From a virus, in IMG/VR virus record IMGVR_UViG_3300000233_000009, positions 4,087 through 68,086 of that record: DNA of 64,000 nucleotides; one strand, written 5' to 3'. A program made the translations under genes and the position numbers. Below the pieces are notes generated by a model. That model was not told the DNA's origin. It was given only the letters and a program-made list of their open reading frames with translations, and ran no database searches. This document shows, piece after piece, positions 19,265-28,002 of the stretch (position 1 is the stretch's first letter; each line of letters begins with the position of its first letter).

Positions 19265-19500
19265 TTTATTCCTTTGTTATTAGTGTACTCCAAAATTATA
19301 CCATATAAACTTAATTGTATATCTTTATACACAAAATTTCATACCCCAAATTTCATTTTATTTTGTATGGGTTCAGTACTCCCTCTCCCAGTTTCTCAGT
19401 ATTCAGGTACCCCCCCAGGTCAAGCATATGGGACCCATTCAGGCAGTTAGGCAGGTCAGTTGCGTTAGTTGTTAGATAAATTTCAATCTAAAGGATATAT
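19265..19500. other. divergent non-coding junction, predicted physical genome end / terminal repeat region
   Basis: switch from late minus-strand to early plus-strand genes; N4-like genomes end here. Inference from synteny only. Confidence 0.5.
19295..19303 (-). promoter_or_regulatory. extended -10 late promoter (TGGTATAAT) heading the packaging/tail operon
   Basis: TTAAG-n6-TGGTATAAT 30 nt upstream of gp69-like ATG. Confidence 0.6.
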
Positions 19501-19501
19501 T

Positions 19502-19714
19502 ATGACTAACTGGTTACCATGGAGCGCCTACAAAGGCTTAATTGAAAATAAATTTTCAGGTTATTCTGCCCAAGAGATATACAAATTCATAATCGAGAGC
19601 AATTATGAGATCACATCGAAAGACGGTACTACGTACAACGTGTCTTTACAGAAACTAGAGGAGACTCTAGGGGTGCCTTACATCCGTTCGTCAGCCAAAA
19701 CAATAGAGTGGTAA
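19502..19714 (+). CDS. early hypothetical protein (70 aa)
   Basis: AAGGA RBS, ATG 19502, followed by terminator. Confidence 0.65.
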   Translation: MTNWLPWSAYKGLIENKFSGYSAQEIYKFIIESNYEITSKDGTTYNVSLQKLEETLGVPYIRSSAKTIEW

Positions 19715-19736
19715 TCCACTCTACTTTTATTTTTTT
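19704..19736 (+). terminator. rho-independent terminator
   Basis: TAGAGTGG-TAAT-CCACTCTA plus T-rich tail. Confidence 0.75.
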
Positions 19737-19840
19737 CTACACCTACACCATAGAGCAGTCTCAGTCTCAAGCATAGTTGCGTTTGTTTGTGGATGCTTGC
19801 AGTTTTGCAGGTATTACGTCAGTTAGTTCAGGAGTTAGAG

Positions 19841-20101
19841 ATGGAAAGTATAGTAGTCATAGGTGCAGTGAGTGCAGTGTTGTTCATGTTTAGAGGAATG
19901 TTAGCTAAATCAGCTGAGATGGGAAGTAAGGAATTCGACGCTATGACGAGAGGTCAAGAGATCAGGTTATATAAAGCACGTATTCAACATACAAAAGAGT
20001 TGATGAAGTTGCAAGGCAGTGAAGTGCTAAGCGACAAAGAATTTCAGGCTATATTTGACGTAATTAGTAAGTCAGATAAGGCAGATGATACAGTTAAGTA
20101 A
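19841..20101 (+). CDS. early hypothetical protein with N-terminal TM helix
   Basis: AGGAG RBS, MESIVVIGAVSAVLFMF. Confidence 0.65.
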   Translation: MESIVVIGAVSAVLFMFRGMLAKSAEMGSKEFDAMTRGQEIRLYKARIQHTKELMKLQGSEVLSDKEFQAIFDVISKSDKADDTVK

Positions 20102-20221
20102 GGTTAAGTAAGGTTAGTTAGTGAGGCAGACTAGTTAGGTATCTACGTTATGTAGGTATCTAGGCTAGTCAGTTTAGGTTTTTAGAGAAGATAGAACCAT
20201 CAGAACAGCAAAGGATAAATT

Positions 20222-20824
20222 ATGACAACAGTAACATTAGAGGAAGCTATCAAAGCAAGAAAAGCAACAGTGGCACAGGTGATTCAGGCTAAGAAGCTAG
20301 AAATGCAGATGAAGTTTGTAGAGAGTGATGCATTCATGACAAGAGAATTAATCAATAATGACATAACAACAATTGATGCCATACTTACACTGGCGGAAGA
20401 AAACTATACAGCAGATGGACGTAAGTTGTCAGTCACGTTTGGATATGGCAACATTCCAAACAAACTAATCACAATGGCCAAGTCGATACTCTACGCCAAA
20501 GAATACGAAAAGGATGAACTGTTATTCATGGCTAACACAGACATCAGTACAGTAGAGATTCTAGTTGATGCATTAGGGCAAGAAGCGTACTTCAGTAAAA
20601 CAGGAACCTTAGAAGAAGAGATACCAATGGACATCGAAGTAGTAGTAGAAACGTTACAGCAGATTATCACAGACTTACAGTTAGTTTCGACGATAAGCTT
20701 TGCAAAGTTCAGTGAAGAAAGTGTAGCTAAGAGATTTGAACGAGCTAGAGTCAAAGCGATGTTACAACAAGAAAATTACATAAATTACATAAGCGATGTG
20801 AAAGATGTGGTCTACATAGACTAA
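20222..20824 (+). CDS. early hypothetical protein (200 aa) upstream of RNAP
   Basis: AAGGA RBS; long ORF. Confidence 0.75.
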   Translation: MTTVTLEEAIKARKATVAQVIQAKKLEMQMKFVESDAFMTRELINNDITTIDAILTLAEENYTADGRKLSVTFGYGNIPNKLITMAKSILYAKEYEKDELLFMANTDISTVEILVDALGQEAYFSKTGTLEEEIPMDIEVVVETLQQIITDLQLVSTISFAKFSEESVAKRFERARVKAMLQQENYINYISDVKDVVYID

Positions 20825-20889
20825 CCATAAACCAGTGTACTAAGACAATATAGTGCACTGGCATTCTAAATTAACGCAAAGGACATACA

Positions 20890-22671
20890 ATGAGAGAAAG
20901 CATATTAAAAGGTGATATAACGTTACCAAACCAAATTATAGAGTTGGTAGGTGAACAACATGCCAAAGAAATGACAGCAATGTTTAATGCGATAGTAAGA
21001 GCATTTGTTAAGAATGAAGGCAATGTATCTGCGCCATATTGGAGTGACAGATTCAATAATAATAAAGTATTCAATAAGTTTATTACGCACCTATCAAAAG
21101 CAGGGTGGATCACCACCAAGGTTGAGCCTAACAGAAATTGGGCAGAAATGTCATTAAATAAGGACAAGCTACTAAAGTGGCTAACTCCAGAAGAAATCAC
21201 AGGTATGCGAGAGAGGGTTAAGGTACATCAGTACCTATTACAGTCCAGTGGAATTAAGACACCAAAATTGACTAGAACGCCTAAAGGTGAAATGTCAGTA
21301 GGGCATGTACGCAATGGAATCTCTAAGCATTCATGCACAGAGTTCAGGCTTGATACGAATATGATGGTGAAATATAAAGAGGCTATCATATTAAACACAA
21401 CTAAGGGGATACGTACGCTTAAATTAGAACATGAACTGTTTACAGATAAAGCACATTACGAGGCTATTGCAGGTGCATGCATCAATTACTACATAGAAAA
21501 TCCAGAAAAATCATATGTGTTAGGATCAGCGATCTCAGACAGTAGGGGTAGAGCAATTTACTCGTGTACGGGTAAAGTATTCAACCCGATAGGATTCAAG
21601 GATGCGAGATCATTGCTCGTCACTCCACCAAAATCACTCAATAAAAGAGGCAAAGAAAGAATAATCTTGGCAATAGCTGAGTTATTAGGAGATAAAAGCA
21701 AAAGTATTGAAGCTAAAATGCAAGTAGGCATTAACGCACTAGAAAATAGGACTTTACTCACTATAGACCTAAGTACAGAGAAAGGGAGGAAATATCTTCA
21801 TAATAATATGTGGTTAGAAAGAATCTATGCTAATTGGGAAAGTTATCCAGTAACAAGGGAATGGACAGTCCCGATCGAGATGGACCAATCAGCCAGTATG
21901 TTACAAATCGAGGGAGTGTTACTAAATTCGAAAGAGTTAACTTCCCTAACCAATTTACAGGAGAGTGATGATATAACAGATCCATGGCATGTAGATGGAC
22001 TGTCCAGAGATCATGTGAAAAAGTTTATGACTCCAAACTTATATGGGTCAAGTAAAACGCCAGGAGAGCTATGGACTTCAAATGGGCTATCATTCACTAT
22101 GGATGATATCAGAGTAATAAACAAAACAATCACAAAAGGACCGTATGCTATAGCCAATAAGTTTAAAGAGTTTATAGTCGAAAACGTGAATCCCAAACCA
22201 GAGATGGAAGTTACAGTATGGAATGAAAAGTTCACAATATACTGCAATAGGTATACGCAAAGAGGCGAGGTGCCAAAAAGGTATGATGTATATAACTCAA
22301 ACAAGGAAATGGTACAAACTATATATCACACAAAGACAGTTGAGGAACCAAACCTCGAAGCGTTCAAAAGATACTTTGTGACGTTATTGGTACACGGTAT
22401 TGACAGTCAAGTCATGGACCGCATAGCACAAAGTATAAGTTGGACTATTCCAATATTTGATGCTGTAATAACTCATCCATCTGACGCAATGATGGTAGAA
22501 CACATATTCATATCTTGTATGAAGGAAATCCATAGTGATAGAAAGGAGGTATTATCAAAATACTTCAAGTCAATAGGCATAACATCTAGTGCAGCAATGC
22601 ATTGGAAGAAGGTGGTTGACCTAATAACTCCAATCACAGAGTTTAAACCATCAACCATATCATTAAAATAG
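20890..22671 (+). CDS. single-chain T7-like DNA-dependent RNA polymerase (middle RNAP)
   Basis: DSRGR, motif A EMDQSASMLQ, motif B RDHVKKFMTPNLYG, VHGIDS, motif C IFDA. Confidence 0.9.
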   Translation: MRESILKGDITLPNQIIELVGEQHAKEMTAMFNAIVRAFVKNEGNVSAPYWSDRFNNNKVFNKFITHLSKAGWITTKVEPNRNWAEMSLNKDKLLKWLTPEEITGMRERVKVHQYLLQSSGIKTPKLTRTPKGEMSVGHVRNGISKHSCTEFRLDTNMMVKYKEAIILNTTKGIRTLKLEHELFTDKAHYEAIAGACINYYIENPEKSYVLGSAISDSRGRAIYSCTGKVFNPIGFKDARSLLVTPPKSLNKRGKERIILAIAELLGDKSKSIEAKMQVGINALENRTLLTIDLSTEKGRKYLHNNMWLERIYANWESYPVTREWTVPIEMDQSASMLQIEGVLLNSKELTSLTNLQESDDITDPWHVDGLSRDHVKKFMTPNLYGSSKTPGELWTSNGLSFTMDDIRVINKTITKGPYAIANKFKEFIVENVNPKPEMEVTVWNEKFTIYCNRYTQRGEVPKRYDVYNSNKEMVQTIYHTKTVEEPNLEAFKRYFVTLLVHGIDSQVMDRIAQSISWTIPIFDAVITHPSDAMMVEHIFISCMKEIHSDRKEVLSKYFKSIGITSSAAMHWKKVVDLITPITEFKPSTISLK

Positions 22672-22676
22672 TCACA

Positions 22677-22716
22677 ACTACATGTTCTCATTTTGGGAAT
22701 ATGTAGTCATTTTTTT
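22677..22716 (+). terminator. rho-independent terminator after RNAP
   Basis: ACTACATGTTCTC...GGGAATATGTAGT stem plus T7. Confidence 0.75.
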
Positions 22717-22887
22717 CTCTTTTTTATATAAATGGCGAGTATTAAAATCTTATGGAATTGCTCTTGGGACGCTATATTAAGTGATCTCTCAAATTTTTCA
22801 CATCTTCTTTTTTTCTCTATTGCTATTAAACCTTTTTCTAGGAGGCCGTAAGTGTTAAAAATGAAGAAATCAATAAAAGGGCCTTAA

Positions 22888-23094
22888 ATGGAAAACAATA
22901 ATACAAAAAGTGGAATAGCTTCTATTTTAGCTATAATAAACTCATGGTGCAATCAGCTTGAGAAAGAAGCTATATCTAGTATAGAGCGTAGGTCCCGTAA
23001 ATTCGAGGCCGAGAATAAAATACTAAATCGCAATCTTGACAAAGAGATAATAGACCTACTAGAAGCACTATCTAAAGGAGCAGGTAATGAGTAA
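22888..23094 (+). CDS. hypothetical protein
   Basis: 68 aa, AAAGGG RBS, overlaps next gene. Confidence 0.55.
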   Translation: MENNNTKSGIASILAIINSWCNQLEKEAISSIERRSRKFEAENKILNRNLDKEIIDLLEALSKGAGNE

Positions 23095-23239
23095 ATTCTT
23101 ATTACTCCTTGTTTTTTTGATAGCGTTTCTTGGCATAGGGTTCTTAATGGTGCCCTATGTAATTGGTTCAATGCTGATATTAGGGTCTATAGTGTATACA
23201 CTAAAATTTGTTTTAAGAGGTAAAAAGTGGAATATTTAA
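23087..23239 (+). CDS. small membrane protein (50 aa, not in ORF track)
   Basis: MSKFLLLLVFLIAFLGIGFLMVPYVIGSMLILGSIVYTLKFVLRGKKWNI; AAGGAG upstream. Confidence 0.6.
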   Translation: MSKFLLLLVFLIAFLGIGFLMVPYVIGSMLILGSIVYTLKFVLRGKKWNI

Positions 23240-23448
23240 TAATAGGGATAGCAGTTGCATTTGATGCACTTATCCTTAAATGGAAATGGGAACATCAAAG
23301 ATATGCGGATTTTGCAATGGATCTTGGAATCATGCTTGTAATAATGAACTTATTTCATGGATCAATGGGTGGAATGGTGGTAGGAACAATTGCACAAGTA
23401 ATCATCAGTTTTTATCTACTTATTTTTCCTCCTAAGTTAGTAAAATAA
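23227..23448 (+). CDS. small membrane protein
   Basis: 73 aa hydrophobic, GAGG RBS with GTG start. Confidence 0.7.
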   Translation: MEYLIIGIAVAFDALILKWKWEHQRYADFAMDLGIMLVIMNLFHGSMGGMVVGTIAQVIISFYLLIFPPKLVK

Positions 23449-23509
23449 CACTGAGAAATCTGAAAAACATATTAAAAAAAGTACAAAAAGTACACTTAAA
23501 AGGACGAAC

Positions 23510-23611
23510 ATGAACATAGCATCAAAACAATACAAAGAACTGATTGGGCTTCTAAAGCTTAATCCTAAAATCACTGTATCACAAGCAGTACAGCTGCTCC
23601 AATTAACATAA
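23510..23611 (+). CDS. 33-aa hypothetical protein
   Basis: AAGGA RBS; MNIASKQYKELIGLLKLNPKITVSQAVQLLQLT. Confidence 0.5.
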   Translation: MNIASKQYKELIGLLKLNPKITVSQAVQLLQLT

Positions 23612-23622
23612 AGGAGTTAAAT

Positions 23623-23850
23623 ATGAGAAAAGATTACATGCCTTTGAAAAAAAGCCATTATAAAGTTTTAGTAATAACTTTACTAGCTTTAGGGCTTACA
23701 ACGTGCTATAGCACATATCAAGCGTACACCTACAGTAAACAAGCGGAAGAAATGTCAGACAAATTAAAAGTCTTGACTAAAGAGTTCATTGAGCTCACTC
23801 AAGGTTGTCTTGAGTATTATCAAACCCCAAAGGAAATTCATGAGAGTTAA
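23623..23850 (+). CDS. membrane-anchored hypothetical protein
   Basis: AAGGAG RBS, one TM helix. Confidence 0.6.
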   Translation: MRKDYMPLKKSHYKVLVITLLALGLTTCYSTYQAYTYSKQAEEMSDKLKVLTKEFIELTQGCLEYYQTPKEIHES

Positions 23851-24400
23851 GTTAATTAAATATGACGATTTATTCGCAACAGACTGGGCAATTGGAGAAT
23901 GTTACGACAAAGGTTGCTATGAAGCAGGAGAAAAACGTGATAACAGAATCAAGAAAGTAGCTCTTAAAGCTAAACACTCTTCAGTACTTGAGTTTACAAA
24001 CTTCACGTTTCAAATTGAAGCTAATACAAAAGTACTACTTGAAATGACTCGTCATAGACATGCTAGTTACGCTTGTAAATCATCTAGGTACACACTAAAT
24101 AAAGGTGAAATAGTATTTGAACCAACAGGACATAAAGAGGCGGATACAGCACTACAGAAATGGAAAAAAGTGATTGAAAACTTTGTGTCTGATGGGGTAT
24201 CAAATGAGATTACGTCTCTTATGCTTCCGCAAGCTTACCAATATAGATGGCTTGTGCAATTCAATGCTAGAAGTTTGATAAACTTCTTTGCCCTAAGAAC
24301 AGCTTCTTCTGCACATATAAGTATCAGAGAAGTTGCCACAGAAATGCTTAACTGCGTTCCAACAAATATGCAATATTTATTTAAAAAGGAACTGCAATGA
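23840..24400 (+). CDS. thyX: flavin-dependent thymidylate synthase
   Basis: HSSVLE, EMTRHRHASYACKSSRY, NARSLINFFALR; start revised to 23840. Confidence 0.93.
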   Translation: MRVKLIKYDDLFATDWAIGECYDKGCYEAGEKRDNRIKKVALKAKHSSVLEFTNFTFQIEANTKVLLEMTRHRHASYACKSSRYTLNKGEIVFEPTGHKEADTALQKWKKVIENFVSDGVSNEITSLMLPQAYQYRWLVQFNARSLINFFALRTASSAHISIREVATEMLNCVPTNMQYLFKKELQ

Positions 24401-24757
24401 GCACAAAAATAGTAATTAACACCTATTATGGCGGTTTTTGTATATCTGCTGAAGCTATGGAAAAAAGTCTTAACTAAAAAAGTATTAGAATTTTCTATAT
24501 CAAAGGAAACTCATTGGTATACTGTACTAGTCAATGGAATAGAATTTAGCAGCTATAACTTCCACAGACATGATACTGATCTTATTTCTGTAATAGAAGA
24601 AATGGGAGACGCTACAAACTCTGCAGATTCAAAACTTAAGGTAGTAGAACTGGACTCAGACTACTACCAAATTACATCATATGACGGACACGAGTCAGTA
24701 CTAGAACTTTATACAAATAGTTGGACTAGTGTCAAAGAACAAGGATTTAAACAATAA
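24397..24757 (+). pseudogene. conserved phage hypothetical protein split by a frameshift
   Basis: MSTKIVINTYYGGFCISAEAMEK then RHDTDLISVIEEMG...KLKVVE...YDGHESV in the +1 frame; A6 run 24461-24466. Confidence 0.65.
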
Positions 24758-24901
24758 AATACTTAGTACGCCTAAAATTCTCCGTAATCACGGAGACCTT
24801 TATGGCTGTGTTTAATTAGGCGTAAGTATAAAATTGGTTACCTCCATATATTTTTATGGCGCTTACTTAGTAGACAGCACGAAAATATACTAAAAGGAAA
24901 G

Positions 24902-25120
24902 ATGATGTTAATGGAATGTGATAAATGTCTCTCGAAGATAGATTATGATAAGGATGAGGTCTATCATGCAACTGGTATGGTAGATGGGGCGCTAAATAGA
25001 CACCTTCATCTTTGTGAAAGTTGCTACAAGAAAACATTTAAAGATTTTGTAACAATTGAAAAAATAGAAGAAGACAAGGGAAAAATGAAATATACTGCAC
25101 ATAAACTCGCTCCGATTTAA
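24902..25120 (+). CDS. small zinc-finger protein
   Basis: CDKC...HLCESC; AAGGA RBS. Confidence 0.65.
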   Translation: MMLMECDKCLSKIDYDKDEVYHATGMVDGALNRHLHLCESCYKKTFKDFVTIEKIEEDKGKMKYTAHKLAPI

Positions 25121-25567
25121 TTTTGAAGCGATAAAAAGAATACTCGCTTAATTTTTAAACTTGATGTGCAATCGTGCTAAAAGGCGCCCACTAGATGTGC
25201 TTAAAGTTCCGAAAGGATAGGCGGCAAACAATAATAAGGAGTTAGAGATGAAAGCAAAAATATATACGTTTCAATAAATCATATATATTAGTTAAATAGA
25301 AATGGAAATGGAAATGGAAGTGTAAGTGAATATATAAGCAGAAGGATTTCAAGAACAAGCGAACAAAGTATTAGGCATTGAAGATTGGCGTGAAATAGGA
25401 AATTGGAAAACCTACATTGAAAATGAAGATAGATTTGTGCCAAATCTTGACATCTAACCCCCATCATAAAGAGTAAAAAATACTTGAGAGTGTCAAACAT
25501 TCCACAATACACGCTTAGGTGTGTGTGATGGAGTCTTTATGGCTTACATTGTTTTTAAGGGCTCAAC

Positions 25568-25792
25568 ATGAATATACGAGAAAGACTAGCAAAAGAATTT
25601 GCAATTATGCAAGTATCAACTGAATGCACAGCCGCGGAGGATTATGATAAGTTTCTTCTAAACCCTGAAAATATATGTTCATTTTACAATGAGCGCTCAA
25701 ATGATGAGGTGCTTGCATTACTTACAGATCTATACGATGCAGCACTATCCTTATTAAAGGAATATGACACTTACTTAAAGGAAAAACAATGA
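25568..25792 (+). CDS. hypothetical protein
   Basis: 74 aa, ATGA overlap with ATPase. Confidence 0.6.
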   Translation: MNIRERLAKEFAIMQVSTECTAAEDYDKFLLNPENICSFYNERSNDEVLALLTDLYDAALSLLKEYDTYLKEKQ

Positions 25793-26967
25793 ACACAGTC
25801 GAACTCAACATTATCAAAAATAATATCCTAGCGCAAATACAGGACAAGCAGGTAGCACCAATCTGTATTGCTGGAACTCCTGGAACGGGCAAATCTACTG
25901 CAGTATCGATGCTGGCTAAAGAATTAGGTTTCAATCTAGTTACTGAGTCAGCCCCAACACTTTCAATTTCGGTACTCTCAGGATTACCTAATGATCACGA
26001 AGCTCCACAATTTCAAGCTTACTCATTAGATGGAACTGCAGTACGAGCTACTGTATGGTCTATTCCAGAGATGATTGCTAAAACTATCACAGCATCTCTA
26101 ACAGCACCAACCATATTGCTGTTAGATGATTTTCATATGGTGTCACAACATTTGCAAAGTTACTTCTATGCTTTATTATTAGAACGAAGATTAGGCAACT
26201 ACAAGCTCCCAGATAATGTGGCTATAGTACTTACAATGAATGACAGTGATACAGCAGGATTTAGAGGAATCAACTCTGCTGTTCGTAATAGATTATCTAT
26301 TTTAAAAATAGACTTTAACTTTGATTATTGGTTTAATAGCATTGGGGGTAGATTGCATTACCTAATAGCAAGCTTCCTTAAGGCAAAGCCCTATTATACC
26401 CAAGAACCAGAGACTATTGGAATCGTGGGGTTCGCAACGGCGAGAGTATGGACTTCACTCTCAAAAGAGCTGATGTATCAGCCTGAGGACACACTACTTC
26501 GTGATGCACATAGAATAGTCGGCACGCAAGTATCAGATGCTGCAGCAAAAGCATTTCAAGCTCATGTAGCATACATACAAGCTTTAGACTTTAGTAAAGT
26601 AGTAGCAACAAAAAGAGTAATAGACTTATCTAAGCATGATCCTTTGGACAGTATTATATATGCATATATAGTTAACTTTATAGTAACTGTAGAAGAGGGT
26701 ATGTACTTACTAGATCTATTAGCACACAACATTAAAAATCTATCGACTACATTTGTGGGATTTACTTTTGGAGAAATCTATAATAAGTTTACATCAAATA
26801 CTCCTCTGTCCGACGGAATGACTTATGTAATAAACACAGTATTAGATAAACCATTAAATAGCTCAGACTATAAAAACACAACACCTACATCTTTCAAAAA
26901 ACTTACCAAACATGTGCCAGAAGATATCCAAGAAATCATTAAAGTAGCAGGAGAATTCCTACTATGA
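25789..26967 (+). CDS. MoxR-like AAA+ ATPase (N4 gp24-like)
   Basis: GTPGTGKS, LLLDDF, NSAVRNR, TARVW. Confidence 0.85.
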   Translation: MNTVELNIIKNNILAQIQDKQVAPICIAGTPGTGKSTAVSMLAKELGFNLVTESAPTLSISVLSGLPNDHEAPQFQAYSLDGTAVRATVWSIPEMIAKTITASLTAPTILLLDDFHMVSQHLQSYFYALLLERRLGNYKLPDNVAIVLTMNDSDTAGFRGINSAVRNRLSILKIDFNFDYWFNSIGGRLHYLIASFLKAKPYYTQEPETIGIVGFATARVWTSLSKELMYQPEDTLLRDAHRIVGTQVSDAAAKAFQAHVAYIQALDFSKVVATKRVIDLSKHDPLDSIIYAYIVNFIVTVEEGMYLLDLLAHNIKNLSTTFVGFTFGEIYNKFTSNTPLSDGMTYVINTVLDKPLNSSDYKNTTPTSFKKLTKHVPEDIQEIIKVAGEFLL

Positions 26968-27371
26968 ACAACTTGGAAACAAGTAAAATGAATAATGATT
27001 TTATACGTAAAATCTATTACTCTAAACTAAATGTAATACATATTCCTGTAAAGTATAAACAAATAAAGTGTGAAGTACTTAATGAAAATAGTAGTAGAAA
27101 TAGCTACGGAAATGGAGATGGAAGTGTCTATGGTAACGGAAATGGATACGGAAACGGTAATGGTAATGGTAATAAAGACGGGTGTGGAGATGGGAGTGGA
27201 AATGGAAGTGGAAGCGGATATAGAGATGGGAGTGGAAGTGGAAGTGGAAGCGGATATAGAGATGGAGAGGGAAGTGGAAGTGGAAGCGGATATAGAGATG
27301 GAGAGGGAAGTGGAAGTGGCTATGGCTATGGACAGGGGTATGGGCAGGGAAATGGGCAGGGAAATGGATAA
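26964..27371 (+). CDS. glycine-rich low-complexity protein
   Basis: GNG/GSG/GYRDG repeats; overlaps ATPase stop. Confidence 0.55.
   Translation: MNNLETSKMNNDFIRKIYYSKLNVIHIPVKYKQIKCEVLNENSSRNSYGNGDGSVYGNGNGYGNGNGNGNKDGCGDGSGNGSGSGYRDGSGSGSGSGYRDGEGSGSGSGYRDGEGSGSGYGYGQGYGQGNGQGNG
27190..27318 (+). repeat. imperfect 36-bp tandem repeat (about 3.5 copies)
   Basis: GGAAGTGGAAGTGGAAGCGGATATAGAGATGGAGAG units. Confidence 0.8.
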
Positions 27372-27395
27372 CAATAAAATAAAAAAGGACAAAAA

Positions 27396-27704
27396 ATGAA
27401 AGCAGAAAAATTCGCAGTTGGCACATATAGTATAATTAGAACACATTCAGCAGGTGTATGGATGGGTAAAGTAGAAGATAAAACATCTACAGAGGCAGTA
27501 CTCTCAGATGCTCGGCGTATGTACGAGTGGAAGTGTCTTGACGATGGTATCACTTTATCCCACGTAGCATTGCACGGAATTCATAAAAATAGTAAAATAC
27601 AAAAGGCTGTGGCAGCAGTCTGTTTACAATGGATTGAAATCCTGCCTTTAACAGATGACGCTAAACTAACGTTTGACGCACAACCTTACGCAAAATCTGT
27701 ATAA
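27396..27704 (+). CDS. conserved phage protein (family often adjacent to Gly-rich ORFs)
   Basis: IIRTHSAGVWMG...LSDARRMYEW...TLSHVALHG. Confidence 0.75.
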   Translation: MKAEKFAVGTYSIIRTHSAGVWMGKVEDKTSTEAVLSDARRMYEWKCLDDGITLSHVALHGIHKNSKIQKAVAAVCLQWIEILPLTDDAKLTFDAQPYAKSV

Positions 27705-27768
27705 TAGTAATTCCATACCATATTACTTCATACAAACACATCACAAAAATTAATTTTAAGGACTAATA

Positions 27769-27948
27769 ATGACACATCTTGACACCATGTTATCTGCTGG
27801 TGTACTAACTGGCTCTCGTGCGTTCAATATTGAACTTAACAACTTAATTAACTTATTACATAGGTACGAAATTTCAGATAGGCAAAAACGCATAAAAGCA
27901 TTTGCAAAGATTATAAAACATGTCGGAATTACTGATTTCGCCATATAG
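27769..27948 (+). CDS. 59-aa ORF, possible nucleotidyltransferase remnant
   Basis: AAGGA RBS; GVLTGSRAF without the following DxD. Confidence 0.4.
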   Translation: MTHLDTMLSAGVLTGSRAFNIELNNLINLLHRYEISDRQKRIKAFAKIIKHVGITDFAI

Positions 27949-27953
27949 CTTTA

Positions 27954-27962
27954 TGCTATAAT
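27954..27962 (+). promoter_or_regulatory. extended -10 promoter (TGCTATAAT)
   Basis: 40 nt upstream of VWA gene. Confidence 0.5.
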
Positions 27963-28002
27963 TCTATAGCATGTTACACAACCAATTACAAAGGAAAGCC
28001 AA

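Noticed and set aside
19380-19470. Canonical N4 hairpin promoter
   Set aside because: The hairpin found gives a template-strand loop GTC, not GNA
25185-25230. c-di-GMP-I riboswitch or hammerhead/twister-sister ribozyme
   Set aside because: GAAA and GGCAAAC are in the wrong order and catalytic core motifs are absent
24760-25560. tRNA genes in intergenic gaps
   Set aside because: No cloverleaf or TTCGA T-loop recognised
27100-27370. CRISPR-like array
   Set aside because: Tandem coding repeats with no unique spacers. The Cas4-like gene is a normal phage exonuclease
27027-27553. Minus-strand ORFs rich in SIS/FHFH
   Set aside because: Antisense shadows of the purine-rich tandem repeat
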